Both the position numbers and the translations under genes were made by a program. DNA of 64,000 nucleotides, from assembly GCA_038087875.1 (NCBI GenBank), contig CM075996.1, positions 2,482,001 to 2,546,000 on the forward strand, in the 5' to 3' direction. How positions within the stretch are numbered: the first letter of the stretch is position 1; each line of letters starts with the position of its first letter. The DNA is from Malacoraja senta (Eukaryota). The notes beneath the pieces are model-generated. The model made no database searches, was not told the DNA's origin, and saw only the letters and a list, made by a program, of their open reading frames with translations. Below, in pieces: positions 13,018 through 27,425 of the stretch.

Positions 13018-13298
13018 TGATAAGGGGTAAGCCATTTAAAACGGAGACGAGGAAACACTTTTCCTCGCAGAGAGTTGTGAATCTGTGGAATTCTCTGCCT
13101 CAGAGGGCGGTGGAGGCCAGTTCGCTGGATACTTTCAAGAGAGAGCTAGATAGGGTTCTTAAAGACAGTGGAGTCAGGGGATATGGGGAGAAGGCAGGAA
13201 CGGGGTACTGATTGGGGATGATCAGCCATGATCACATTGAATGGCGGTGCTGGCTCAAAGGGCCGAATGGCCTACTCCTGCACCTATTGTCTATTGTC
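13018..13298 (+). mobile_element. CR1 LINE 3' fragment
   Basis: SQRVVNLWNSLPQ...GYGEKAGTGY plus tail. Confidence 0.9.
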
Positions 13299-16200
13299 TG
13301 ATGAATGTCTTTGGCAGATTAGCTGAGTTGCCATAGATTAAGGTGGAATGTTGGACCTTGTGATCATCGTGGTTCAAAACTACACTCGAGTCATGAGGCG
13401 AGTTGTTTGTGCCACTTGTAAAAATAACGCACCCACCTCAGTGGCCCGCTGATAATCATGCTTTGTATTGCTGCGTGAAGTGAGCTCACTGTTGGGACAG
13501 TGACAGATCATGACGTTTAATACTTGCAAATATGCAGATAAGCACCAAGTTGCAAAAAGGCTGGTGATGGGTGCATTGGCTCTTGTCACGGAAGTGGCTG
13601 CCTATTTACTCTCTAGATTATTCGTGAACAAAAGCTTCTTGTGTGAAATCCCTGGAATGTAGTTAATCACCCCAAGACCTGATGGTGTGTGTGTGTGTGT
13701 TTTTTTTTAAAGGGAATTAATATAATGCATTCTGTTTCAGATGGCAGATGAAGCTTATTTTAGCATGCCTGTCACTTTCTACAATAGGATATGAAATTAA
13801 TTATTGAATTTGCTCCTACACCTTAGTTTGTGACTTCTTTTGAATACTGTAGCCAAGAAGGCCTTATGTGCAGGTGTACTAGACTGGAACTACATGCGGT
13901 AAATAATCATCAGATCTTTGAGCACTAGCTCTGGAGGGAATTGCCAGTATTTTAGTTTTCTATTTACTAACTTTTCAGATTGTGAAAGAATACAGAGAAC
14001 CCTTCCGAGTTCTGCTGAATACTGACTAGAATAGCGGATTACATTATAAACATGATTACACATTTAACCTCTGGATTTTGGCCTGGAAGGTGAAGGTACT
14101 GTGGAAGGAAGGGATCCATCTGTTAGATGGACTGAATCAGATCACTGTCGCTTAAAGACTCTTAAGAGTAAAGTAAAGTATCCTTTATTGTCATTCAGAC
14201 ATTTCAGTCTGAACGAAATTGTATACCTTGCAGTCATAACATAGAATAAATTAACAAAACACACACTTAACACAGTTTAACATCCACCACAGTGAGTCCA
14301 TCAGGCACCTCCTCACTGTGATGGAAGGCAAAAGTCTTCAAGTCCTTGTCTCTTCCCTCCTCTTGATCGGATAGATTCAGGAGGAGGAAATACTTGATCG
14401 GATAGATACAGGGATGATCTATCATTAAAAAACCTCTCCTGTGTTCACCCATTAGTAGGCATACTCTGTCCCGCCCCTCCTCTCTTCCAGCTTTCTTTCC
14501 CACACCCTCTCCATCATTCCGTCTGAAGAAGGGTCCTGACCCTAAATGTCACCTATCCATATTCTCCAGCAATGTTGCCTAACCTGCTGAGTTACTCCAG
14601 CAGCATTTTGTGTCTTTCTTTGACCACTCTTCTCTTTGGTTGGGGAGTTTAGAACCAGGGACCCAGTCCAAACTCGGGGATAGACCATTTACGGGTGGGG
14701 ATAAGAAGAAATTTCTTCACCCAAAATGTGGCCATTTTGTAGACTTCTCTACCTAAGAGGACTGTGGCGTCATAGGCAGAGAGTGATACAGTGTGGAAAC
14801 AGGCCCTTCAGCCCAACCTGCCAACATGGGCCAACATGTCCTGGCTACGCTAGTCCCATCTGCCTGTGTTTGGTCCATATCCCTCCAAACCTGTCCTATC
14901 CATGTACCAGTCTAACTGTTTCTTAAACGTTGGGATAGTCCCTGCTTCAACTACCTCCTCTGGCAGCTTGTTTCACACACCCACCACCCTCTGTGTGGAA
15001 AAGGTACCCCCCAGATTCCCAGTAAATCTTTCCCCCTTCTCCTTAAACCTATGACCTATGGAGGTGCAACATGTTTGAGAGGGAGCGAGTGTGCGGTTAT
15101 TTGGTTATTCAGAGAAATCGGGATATATAGGGGTTAACACAGGAGAAGTGTGCAGAAATATAACGCCAACCATGCCCCAATCAAATGGAATAGCAGGTGA
15201 GATGGGCTGATATTCACCGGATTCTCTTTTACAGGGTGTATTAATGGTCATTCGTCCACATATAAAGTGTAAACACTATCCAGCTGTACCATTTGTTTAT
15301 AGAACTGTGCACTTCCAAACTTGGATTTGATCTGGAGGGTATTTTTAGCTCGAATAAAATGCTGGTGACATCATCAGAGTGCAGTATTAGTCAAAAATTA
15401 AGAGTATTACCAGAATATTAGAATTTAATTCCTTTACCGTAACTCTTGTTTCATCTCTTTCTGACTATTTGTGCAAACAAATATATACGGCAGTATTGTA
15501 TTTCTTTTGTGGAGAATTTCTGTTATATGGCTATCATTTGTGCTTAAATGCAATATGATTGAGCATATATATAGTTAAGTTCAGTAAGTTCTGTAGCAAA
15601 TTGAGAATGAATGTGGGAAATGTCTGCTTTTGATCATTCACTTAGCAGGACAGTGTTTGCTAAATAAAAAGTCTCCCACAATTTATAAGACTCCTTTTTT
15701 TTTTTAAAACTTGTGTGAGGCTAGTTTTTGATATTAAATGTAAAACAGTGTTGAGGAACATGGGATTGAAGAGTGCAATTGCCTTAGTTGCTGTTTCATT
15801 CCTTGAAGGATTTTCTTCAAGTTCTCCGGTTTCCTCCCGCATCCCAAAAGACGTGCGGGGTTGTCGGTTAATTGGTCATCTGTGAATTACCCTTAGTGTG
15901 TGGGGAGTGGATGAGAAAGTGGGGTAACATAGAACTAGCATGGAGGGGTGATCGATGGTCAGCATGGACACAGTGGGCCGAAGGGCCTGTTCCCATGCTG
16001 TATCTCTAAACTGAACGAAATGCACAGGGCAAACAGGTGAGAAGGTTAGATTGAGTTTGGGTGAGTAGATGTTTGAATTCAGATGATGAATCCCTTGGTC
16101 GAACAGAAATTCAGTGAAGGCTGCCCAACCGATGAGAAGATTACATTTGATTACTGTTAATTTCAGTGTGCTACTGACCCTGGTTGAATAGACAGTTGAT

Positions 16201-17964
16201 TTATTTTCATGTCAGTAGCCACATCTCTGCGGTACAAGGTGCAAATATGGAAACCCTATCCAGTAAGAACTTAGTCATTGCCTTAAACTGACAGCCAAAT
16301 GTTTCACAGTGAGCATCATTGAAGTTGAGAGGAAGAAAAGATATTTGTTAAATGTACGTTTGATGTCAAATCTTATTTATTTTGGGTATAAAGGGTATTG
16401 TTTACAGCGTACTATGTTTACATATTCTGTTATGCTGCAGCAAGGAAGAATTTCATTGTTCTATCTGGGACATATGACAATAAAACACTCTTGAATCTAT
16501 TGAAGGGGGGAGACCCAACATGGCAGGGGGGTTGAGGTACAAGATAGGACTGTTCGGTGAACTTTTGTAACTTTGTCAGCACCAGAAACGTGGCGACTGG
16601 TGTACTGCCTAGGTGAGGTCAGCTGTTTGATTTTACCGGGTTGCATTTCGCTGTACCTATAGGTACATTTGACAATAACGTATCACTGGAAAAAAAAAGT
16701 TGGAGCAAGAACAGTGTTATTTCAAAGATACAGCAGGACTCTAAATGAAGGCACTGTGTTGCAATTTTTAGTTTTGGATTTCGGACCTATTCCAGTAGGC
16801 TATCTGATCCACCACAGCTCTGAAACTGGAGAGCACAATCTTTTTAAACTCCAGCAAATACATCCCTAACTGTAATCAGTCTTCGTGCAACCTCAGCGTA
16901 GCTATTTATTTCAAAACCAATATTGCAGGGTTGCCTGTTTATGACTTCCTTTTTATAGTGCTGGCGACGAATGGTGGAATAAATTTCAAGGCGCTCGTGC
17001 AGTCTTGGCACTCTGTTGTAAAACCCTAAAACTCTGACCCCCCCGCCTCCATTTTACATGGGATGTTGCCAGCTGCAGGTAGCTTTGGTCAGTTGGCTGC
17101 TCTTATTGGAAGAGGCAGATGGTGATTCGATCAAACTGAAACAGATTCCAATTTTCATTGTGTGTGCAGAATCACGAGCGTATTTTTAAAATTACTTTTT
17201 GCAAGCGATCATAGTTCCCTTTAGTTTTATTGATGCCCGCCTCATCTGTGTTCAGAAATACTGGACTGTTTTGCCCCTCCTTTTTCCTTGTGGTTTTCTT
17301 GTTCCCATCAAGCAATATGTAGCTCGATTAACGTCTTCATAGATAATGTGTGTGATTGAATATGGGCACGCTGTGGATATCAGGTGTGGGGGATTTGCAG
17401 CAGAATTTATGCATGACATATTAACAGGGTATATGCACTTTACAATAAGAAAAAGAAAAGTTGATTTATCTCTGCATTGTACTTCGCAATCTCCAGTCAG
17501 TCATAACTCCAGAGCTACCGATGGTGGCTTTGTAGTTGATGCATGGCTGTCAACTTGCATATAACCAGCTCCCTCAAATGATACGAGTAGAATAAAAGCA
17601 GCAACACTGATAATATAAATGGGAAGATGTTGATTTTTCAACAAGACTTTGGTGTCCTTGCACACGTCGCAGGAAGCTAACGTCCCCGAAAGCTAACTTG
17701 CTGCTTTTGGAAGAAAATAGTATTTTTTTCCTTTATGGATGGAATATTTGAGTGCGGTGGCGAAGACATCTTAACGTTGCAAAGGGCCCTGGTGAGACCA
17801 CAGATTTGGTTTCCTTACAAAACCTAAAGGGATATGATACACATGCTGCAGAAAACAAATGCAGCAAAGTTTCACCCAAACTAATTTCTGGTATGGAGGT
17901 AAAAATGAGTAGGCCTGGATTTAAAAAAAAGAAGAGAGGTTACTGTTGAAACCTAAGGAATCTT

Positions 17965-18548
17965 TTAGACTTTAGTGATACAGTGCGGAAATAGGCTCTT
18001 CGGCCCACAGAGTCCGCGCCGACCAACGATCACCCTGTACGCTACCCTCTATCCTACACATTGTGGACAATTTTATAACTTGTGTACAACTTTACAAAGC
18101 TGCCACAGCCAGACATAAATACAGTTTTTATCCACGAGTAGTTGCTCTACTCAACAGCCAAAAATCTGTAGCCTCCCTTTGATCTGGTATTTTGTTGGTT
18201 CACATGCTTGATCAATGGTGTTTTATCATTAATGTTTTATTATTATTAATGTTTAGTGTTTTCTGAGTCATTCGTAACTGTCACTGTATGTCATGTTGTT
18301 ACTTGTGGGCAGAGCACCAAGGCAAATTCCTTGTATGTGAATACTTGGCCAATAAGCTTACTTACTTACAATTAACCTACAAACCTGTACGCTTTGGAGT
18401 GTGGGAGGAAACCGGAGCACACAGGGAAAACTCAAGTGGTCACGGGGAGAACGTACAAACTCTGTACAGACAACACTTCGTAGTCAGGACCGAAACTGTA
18501 TTTTTGGCGATGTAAGGCAGCAACTCGACTGCTGCCCCACTGTGTCGC
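17965..18548 (-). mobile_element. HE1-like SINE interrupted by a plus-strand Rex/Babar 3' end (~18095-18370)
   Basis: SINE halves flank a SFYPRVVALLN C-terminus plus 3' UTR ending in (ACTT)n. Confidence 0.78.
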
Positions 18549-19237
18549 CCAATTCTTAGCAGGCTTGATAGGGTGGATGAGGGCAGAAGTTTGTAACTGC
18601 AGGTTGCAGTGTCATTCCGGGATAGACCATTTAGATCTGAACTGAGGAGAAATTTCCTTGGGGGATTGGAAGCTCTGTCACGGATTAGTTCAAAAAAGAT
18701 ATTGATAGATGTCTTAATGTTAAAGGAATTGGGAGATAAGGTCAGAGTGTTATTTTTTTTTTCTGAACTAGAAAAGCAGCATGTTCTTGTTGAATTCCGA
18801 GCACAGGCCGAATGGTCTTGCCATGTTATTTTGCATGTTCTTGTATGCACTGATTCCTCCTCAGGAAAGTGGTGCATTTCAAGAAACCACTGAACAAAAA
18901 TTAAAAAATCAAAAGGGGTGAGTGAAATGCATTCAGGGAATTTCGATAGAAGCACAGAGTTCGTGCAGGTCATTGTAGCGAGAAATGGCTTCATAAATCA
19001 AATATTGTTTACCCGTGTAGATGGTGCCATTATAGAAGGTGCATAAATCAAATGCTGATAATCTAAAACTGATGTTTGTTGAGAGAAGTATTGCCACATT
19101 GGGAGATGATCCACATGGAGGTTTTGTTTCTTCTCTCGCTCATTTTAAATTGAAATTTAATGGCCTACATTTCCTCTTGGTATTCCTGTCTCTACCTAGG
19201 TGGTGTGATTTTTCCAGTATAAAACAATGATAGATTC

Positions 19238-19752
<515 letters not shown>

Positions 19753-19818
19753 CGCTGAATGGTAACGGCCTTTTATATATTCGGCATGCATAAGCAACTG
19801 ATTGAGATGTGAATATTG

Positions 19819-19979
19819 TGTAGGAAGGAACTGCAGATGCTGGTTTAAACCAAAGTTAGACACAAAAAGCTGGAGTAACTCAGCGGGTCAGACAGCATCT
19901 GTGGAGACAAGGATTATTCCTTTTCTCCAGAGATGCTGTCTGACTTGCTGAGTTACTCCAGCTTTTTGTGTGTATCTTC
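19819..19979. mobile_element. Fold-back short Penelope-derived element
   Basis: Inverted arms. Perfect 15-bp TSD GAGATGTGAATATTG at 19804-19818 and 19980-19994. Confidence 0.88.
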
Positions 19980-21113
19980 GAGATGTGAATATTGATTTAT
20001 GTTAATTGTTTGCCTTGGGTTGTTGCATTCGACTTGCTGCCGGTATCTTCCCATTTAGACAAACTCATCATTCTCGTATAGGTCTTTCTCACTCCCGTCT
20101 TCATTCACGAACCTCTTTTTAAATTATGTAATGTTATTTATCTCAGGAAATGGTAAGTTATTGTTTCTGTCTCCATTAAGATAACTTAATTTTGGTTCCC
20201 TGCAGCTCATCCAAAGATCTTGCCTCGTACTTCCACTGATTCCAATTTTGAGTACCTTGCCCCAAACATCTCGGTTAGGGGTGAGTTCAGACTTGGCTTT
20301 TGAGGTGGTGACGATTAAATAATCTGTCATCTTCAGTAGATACAAATGCAGATTTCTTTTCTGAATAAGTGTATGGCATGGTTCACCAGTTTGAATGAAC
20401 CAGGGAACATCTCCAATTACCAAGATAGTATCTCACTCCAGATTATTTTCTCTGCCCATTCTCTAATCCTAATTTGGATAGAGGTCAAGGTTCTGAATAC
20501 AGCTGTTTAACTATTTGAACATTCTGCCTTTAATTGATCCCTTTAATCATTCTCGGGATATGGCCATTATTTATCGCCCTTCTCATAACAACAATGAAGA
20601 TGAGGGTGAACCACCAATTTGAACAATTGCAGCCCTTGTGTAAAGTATGGTTGGGGTATTGTTACATGACTTGACTCTGAGAATGAATGGACAGCAGCAT
20701 GTGGCAGTGTAGGAGATGGTCGTGTAGTAGTGAAGGTTGGAGACCAGGGAACTGCAAATGCTGAAATCTGGAGCAAAACACAAGGTGCTGAAGAAACTCA
20801 GCGGGTCAGGCACCATCTGTGGAGGAAATGGATAGGTGATGTTTCAAGTTGGGTTTAGTCTGAGGAAGGATTCCGACCCAAAACGTCGCCTATCCATTCC
20901 CTCCACCAATGCTGCCCGACCCGCTGGAGAGTTACTCCAGCACTTTGTGTTTTTGCTCCTTGTGAAGATGATAGATTTGGGTGGTGCTGTGAGCGTTGAG
21001 CACGATAAAATGTTGAAGGTGCAGTCTGTGTATGACACACGCACGCACACATTTGCATTGTGTTATGTGGCCAGTTATAACGGTGCTTTATTCTTGGTGT
21101 TCTGCAGCACATC

Positions 21114-21341
21114 ATGTTTTGGAAGTTTGACCTTCACACAACATCGCACATTGACACGCTTTTAGAACGTGAGGATGTCACGCTTTTCGAGCTCATGGAA
21201 GAGGAGGACATCCTTCAGGAGTGCAAGGCCAACAACCGCAAAACTGGTGGAGTTTTTAACACGGCTGCAAAACATGGAGGCACTTGTCACCTGCATCACG
21301 GTGGAACCATCAGAAGATATGGACGAGAAAGTTCGATACAA
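21114..21341 (+). CDS. PPP6R1: PPP6R1 coding exon 1 (exon starts 21108; contains a +1 frameshift at AAAA 21240-21243)
   Basis: Acceptor ttctgcag|cacatcATG. Reads [43 protein letters not shown], then in the shifted frame [33 protein letters not shown]. Donor AA|gtaaga. Typical PPP6R N-terminus. Confidence 0.95.
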
Positions 21342-22169
21342 GTAAGAATTTATTATACATGGTTATACTTCAGGTGTTTTGTGCAACATTTCTCCAGTGA
21401 TCTTGCAATATTTAAGGTAGATAAAAATGCTGGAGAAACTCAGCGGGTGAGGCAGCATCTATGGAGCGAAGGAATAGGTGACATTTCGGGTCGAGACCCT
21501 TCTTCAGACTGGTTAACATTGGTTTATAAGTGGTGTTCCTTTATTTGAGTTTGAAGAACGGTTTGGACCCGAAACGTCACCCGTTCCTTTTTTTCCAGAG
21601 ATGCTGCAAGTTGTACTCCTTTAAGTTTGTAGAAGGGTTCTGACCCGAAGCGTCACCTGTTCCTTTTTTTCCAGAGATGCTGTAAGTTGTATTCCTTTAA
21701 GTTTGTAGGAGGGTTCTGACCCGAAGCGTCACCTGTTCCTTTCCCCCAGAGATGCTGCCTGACCTGCTGAGTTACTACAGCAGTTTTTGTCTATCTTCGG
21801 CATATACCAGCACCTGCAGTTTCCTTCTTGCATTTATTTAATCTCTCTTATACTGTATTTCCTGAGACGTATAGAAGTGAAGTACTCAACACGTTCGGTG
21901 ACTATTTTTCAATGATTGGTCTGTAATTTGTAAGCTGTATAATTGTGTCATCATTAACCTCAATCGCTGCTCCTCCAGTGTTGATGAGTTGGAGCACGTC
22001 AGAGATGTGCTGATAAACAACATAACAATGAATGAGATGTTTCATCCCCAGCCGGGACTTTCACCACTGTTTTAAGTGTGCTTTGTTTATACCACAGAGA
22101 AAGATCATATCTTGAGCTTCCTTAGTCTATTTCTCTCAGATACACTGGAGGCAATCCTGAGCACTAAGA

Positions 22170-22558
22170 CTTTTTTTGTTTGTTTTTTTGAATTTAATTT
22201 ATTAGAAGCGATTGTACAAGGATAAGGCGATCGACATAAGAGTTATACAATTATTGTACAGCTTCATTTTTAACATTAGAACCTAAATATTTTTTAAAAA
22301 TTAAAAAAGGGAAAAAATGAAAGAAAGAGAGAAAAAAGAAGAGAAGTAAAATAGGAAAAAGCAAGAAAAAGACCCCTAAGCTACCAAAGAAGTGCAAAAG
22401 AAAAGAAAAGATGGAGACATCCCCCCTCCCCCACCCCCCCCCCCCCCCCCCCTCCTCACCCATCCCTGGCATCGGGTTTAAATTTGTGTTTAACCATTCT
22501 GTTGTTGCAGAAATTCAGTAAAAGGGAACCATGTCTTAAGAAATTGATCTGCTTGTAA
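22170..22558 (-). mobile_element. 5'-truncated L1-like LINE end
   Basis: ADQFLKTWFPFTEFL C-terminus, G-rich 3' UTR and poly(A) (T-run at 22171-22189). TSD GAGCACTAAGA at 22159-22169 and 22559-22569. Confidence 0.75.
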
Positions 22559-24420
22559 GAGCACTAAGATGACGAGCATAATAATTTTTCTTCCCAGTTT
22601 GCAAGATTTATTTGCCACTTGAACTGGGACGACAGGGAAGATTGTGGAATTGTGGCTCTCTGCAAATGAATCTTTATAAAACATTTTTATCTGTAAACTC
22701 TAATTTCCGTACAGGCGTCCTGAGGTTATCCCGCTGCATCTTCTTTGCCCTTTATGCCTAACTTCAAATTATCACTTGCATTTGGATACAAGGAACGGCG
22801 GATGCTCACTTACCAAAAAAAAGACACAAAGTGCTGGAGTAACTCAGCGGGTCAGGTCACATCTCTGGAGAACGTGTATGGGTGACGTTTTGGCTCGGGC
22901 GAAGAACGGTCCTGGTACGAAACGTCACCTTGTTCCCTGAGATGCAGCCTGACTCGCTGAGTTGCTCCAGCACTTTGTATTGCTTACATTTGAACGAATG
23001 TTTTTCTTTTTGACCATCAATTTTCTCCATACCCATTTCCTTTTTATCTCCCTTGGAACTTGCTGATTGCTTGAGATTGATTATATCTTCCCCAAGCTTG
23101 CTGGAATTTCTTTGGGTGGAGACAGACACATTAGAGGCATTTAAGAGGCTTTTGGATAGGCATGTGGATATTGAAGGGGTATGGATCACATACAGGCAGA
23201 GGAGATTAATTTAACGCCATATATGTTTGGCACACAAATTGTGGGCTGAAGGGCCTGTACCTGTACTGTTCTATGGTTGATAAATACCAGCACGTGCAGA
23301 TTCATCTCCATGGTGTCCACCATTCTGATTTAGAAATGGATCGCTGGGTTTAAATTCTGGAACTCCCTACCTAAAGAACTGTGGGACAGCCTTCATCACA
23401 ACCTTCTCAGGGGCAATTAGTGGCACACATGGAATGCTGGCAGAAATATTCGCACGCTGGAATAAGCATAAAAACTGTCTTCATGGTCACCTTGTCTTTA
23501 TAATTTGAGATCATTTATGGGATTTTGATTTCTTCTCTCTCTCTGAATTTCAATCCTCCTTTTTCTTTGTTATTGCCAGGTAAGATTTCACTGACATTAA
23601 ATTATCTGCTTTTTAAAATGTCCAGCAATGGGATATCCGAGGTAAACAAAATGCTGGAGGAACTCGGTGGGTCAGGCGGCATCTGTGGAGGAAACGGACG
23701 GGTGACTTTTAGGATCGGGATCTACTTTGGAATGTGGTCTATTTCCCATCTGCTTACGGATCAAAGCGCTGCTTAATTGTAAAACCTGTGTGTAATAACG
23801 AATTCAACTTAAGATAGAAACTAAATTGATGATATTTCTGGCTTATGTTGACGATATTAGGCTGGCAATAGATTTGTTTTGGAACAGCTTTGATAATATG
23901 TTTACCTCCCTGCCTCTTTACTTCCCGATGCTGCTCTCCCCCTCATCTCCCCATCTCGTCATCCTTCAATTATGAAATGAAGCAATCGGAGGAGTGACTT
24001 ATTTTGATTTCAATGTGGAAAGATGCTATAAATAAGACTTTGTTTTTCCTTGGTTTCGATTTGAATAATCAAAAATGATGCATATTGGATTTGCTATTTA
24101 TTCCTGGTTGTACACAATTAAATAGGACTAATCTGAATCATTGTGTTCTATTTTGTACGTGTAATGAATAATTATTATATGCTCCAATTTCCCATATGTT
24201 TTATTTTGTCTCCATGTTTGTAATCACAAACTGTCTTCTGTTCCCATGCCCGAGTGGAGGAATTTGACAATTCGGGTGCTACTTGCCCTGAGTCAACAGT
24301 ATTGTACATGTGCACCCTGACTTTAGGTTGCCACCAATTCACTATAGGGGTTAACATAGCCAAGGTCACTTATTCACATTGAGCATTTAGACATATCGGG
24401 AATAGCACATCTTGTTTGTT

Positions 24421-24562
24421 CGAGATCCTTCGAGTCTGAAGAAGGGTCCCGACCCAAAACGTCACCCATTCCTTCTCTCCAGAGTTGCTGCCTGCCCCGC
24501 TGAGTTACTCCAGCATTTAGTATCTATCTTCAGTTTAAACCAGCATATGCAGTTTCTTCCTA
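24421..24562 (+). mobile_element. Single-arm short Penelope-derived element
   Basis: Begins just before CTGAAGAAGGG. TSD CACATCTTGTTTGTT at 24406-24420 and 24563-24577. Confidence 0.85.
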
Positions 24563-25232
24563 CACATCTTGTTTGTTGTTGATTAATACATTAAAATGTG
24601 GAATTCATTGCCACAGACTTCACTGTGGAGGCCAAAAACAGTTTTAAGGCACAGATCGTAAGGTTCTTGATTAGAAAAGGCGTCAAAGGTTAAGGGTAGA
24701 AGGCAAGTGAATGGGGTTGAGGGAAAAATAGATAGACACGATGGGCTGAATGGCCTAATTCTGCTCTTATGTCTTAATAAACTTTTAAAAGGAGAAAATG
24801 TTGTTACATCTCTTTGACATCCTTGTCCTAGTTCATAACTCGAACTTCCAATGCAGAAAATCTACCCTTATGTGATACTTTTTGGGTATCTTTGCTTCCT
24901 GGTCATGTTGACAAATAGAGAAGCCTTTTTATATGCAACAGGGTATTATAAACAACAAACCTATACTTAACCAAGCAAGCTGAGGCTTTGATAATCAAAG
25001 TTCACCAGAGGGCTGTCCGTGCCTTTGTGCGGCATTGTGTTCATTATTTGATTAAATATCAAGCACAATTCCAGGTCAGGGATTTTTCTGGCAATGCTGT
25101 CATTTATAATCCAACCCTCTTTGCCCCTGAACTAGGGAAGCAAGTAAAAATAATTTTAAAAATCGTTGCATCAGGATTCAACCAGCTTCGTAGGAGAGCG
25201 ATTTTGCAGCATCGGACACTTAGCACATGGCG

Positions 25233-26040
25233 TAATAATAATAATAATAATAGATTTTATTTTAAGGGCGCCTAATACCGAGGTCTCTAGGACACCTTAC
25301 AATTTAAGAAACATATAAACATATAATCAGAGTAAAAGAAGTTATAAAGACATCACAAATACACAAATTAAAAACAGAAATTCGATCCAAAAAAAGACAA
25401 CAACAAAATTCAGAAAACACAACATGAAGGGAGAGCAGCGGCAGCCAAACCGCGCCAGCGTACACTCTCCCTTCCGCCCGCCATGTTGGACATAGACTAA
25501 CACAGACACACAAAATCATCCCCCCACAATGGTTACCACTGTGGGGGAAGGCACAATGTCCAGTCCCCAACCCAGTTCTCCCCAGAGTCAGGCCCATCGA
25601 GGCCGCCACAGTTGCCTCTACGGAGGCCCGATGTTCCTGGCCGTCGGGAGAGTCCTCGCAGCGGCTGGAACGGCCGGTTTCCCAGCGGAGTCTATGGCAC
25701 CTGAAGCCGACAGGGCCGCGCCAAGTTGGAGCCACGAGGCTCCCGATGTTAAAGTCGGCGCCGGCGCCCGCGGCTGGTCGCTCCACAGCCCGGAGGTGTT
25801 GATCTCGGCGGTCACTGCATACCGGAGCTCCAGCGCGTTGATCCAGCGCGGCGACCCAGGCAAGGCATCGCCCGCTACGCTCCCCGATAGCGCTCCAGCG
25901 CTGTGCCGCCGACCGAAGCTGAAGGTGCTGGGCGGTCCCCGTCAGGAAACGGCGCTCCATGCCCGCTGGTAGGCCACGAGGCAGCCCGGAAAAAAAGCTG
26001 CCTCACCGACCAGGTAGGGACCTAGAATAAAATTACCCCC
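25233..26040 (-). mobile_element. Unclassified GC-rich interspersed repeat
   Basis: Shares GACTTTAACATCGGGAGCC and GACTGGAC...GCCTTCC...CACAGTGG.AACCATTGTGGGG with the plus-strand copy at ~34210-34660. (AAT)n at the left end. Confidence 0.6.
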
Positions 26041-27239
26041 ATTCACCTTACACTTAAAAGTAGATTAGATGATAAGACAGGTGGCCGAAAGCTCGTCAGA
26101 GATAGTTTCTAGATTGGAGAGGGAGGATTTAGTAAGATAATTCTAATGAATCAAGATTAAGCAGTTGATGGCCATCAGTGATGCACTTGTAAACAAAGGC
26201 TGAATGGATGGATTTTTGGGAATAAAGAGATGGATGATAAAGAGAGTGAGCCAAATGCCTGTGGATAAAAATATGAGCACGTGGATAAAAATATTAAATT
26301 CAGTGTTTCTAAACTAAGAGTTTGTGTAAACCAGAGCCTGGTTGAGTGGGATGTAGTTCAAGTTAGGAAAGTGGGGCAGTTTTTTGGTTAACTTTGTTTT
26401 GATGAATGAATGAACATTCAGTGTGAAATTCTTTGCTTGCACACCCAAGGTATGCAAATATTCGCCACATAACGGGCGCTGACAAAGTTCAAAAGTATTC
26501 CGCGCCGGGTTTTTTACAGAGAGTGTCAGGTTGGAGATTGAAATAGTCTGGAGCTCGCAATCTTTCTTCTGCCCACTCCCATTGGGAGAATGATAAAGAA
26601 ACTTGAAAGTGTGCACCACCAGACTCTGAATAGCTACTTCCCCTCTGTTATCAATCAGGCTTCTGAACAATCCTTCCATAAGCCCGGGTAGTATCTGATT
26701 CACCTCTACCCCATTGGACTTTGTCTCTGGAACTGATGCGCTACAATGCTGAGAACTATATTCTGCACTCTGTATCTTCCCCTTTGCTCTACCTATTGTA
26801 CTGGAGTTTGGTTTGATTGTATTTATGTACAGTGTATTTGATTGGAAGGCTTGCAAAACAATTTTTTTCCCCAATACCTCGGTATACGTGATGATAATAA
26901 TGAACATAAACCTTTGGGATCGCTGGTCGGTGCGGACTCGGTGGGCCGAAGGGCCTGTTTCCATGCTGTATCCTGAGATACAGCATGGTAAACAAGTTGT
27001 TTGCCAGTTATCCAAAGTATCTTCAGATATCAAACCAAATTTAGGACATTTCTCCAATAATCTGAGGAGCAAAATGAGATTTAATGCTTGGGATATCTGA
27101 TCTGATTAACTTGAACTGAGCGTTTGAATTGAGAATATTGTGTTGCTAGATTTTGCTCACTAATGATGCTTTATTGCATTTTAACAAATCTTTCATATTT
27201 TCTGATGAGACTAATTAAAATTTAGAATTGGCAGCTTTA

Positions 27240-27425
27240 CACATTGCCCTCCATAATGTTTGGGACAAAGACCCATATTTATTTATTTGCCTTTGTACTC
27301 CACAATTTGAGATTTGTAATAGAAAAAAAGCACATGTGCACAAAAATCACAAAGGGCACATTGTCAGATTTTAATAAAGGGCATTTTTACACATTTTGGT
27401 TTCACCATGTAGAAATTGCAGCAGA
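27240..27425 (+). mobile_element. Probable Tc1-like terminal repeat fragment
   Basis: TGCCCTCCATAATGTTTGGGACA resembles Tc1 TIR starts; recognised from memory only. Confidence 0.5.

Noticed and set aside
21236..21250. Programmed ribosomal frameshift site
   Set aside because: No X XXY YYZ heptamer or clear stimulatory structure; other nearby homopolymer indels give a simpler explanation.
21114..21548. 144-aa ORF as a standalone gene
   Set aside because: It is PPP6R1 exon 1 read past the frameshift into intron and repeat sequence.
21548..21760. CRISPR-like array
   Set aside because: Eukaryotic context; whole units repeat with no unique spacers.
25304..25972. Overlapping 218-aa and 147-aa ORFs
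   Set aside because: GC-rich repeat with few stop codons; a related copy exists at ~34.2 kb.
26314..27072. 252-aa minus-strand ORF
   Set aside because: Crosses several unrelated repeat fragments and shows no recognisable domain.
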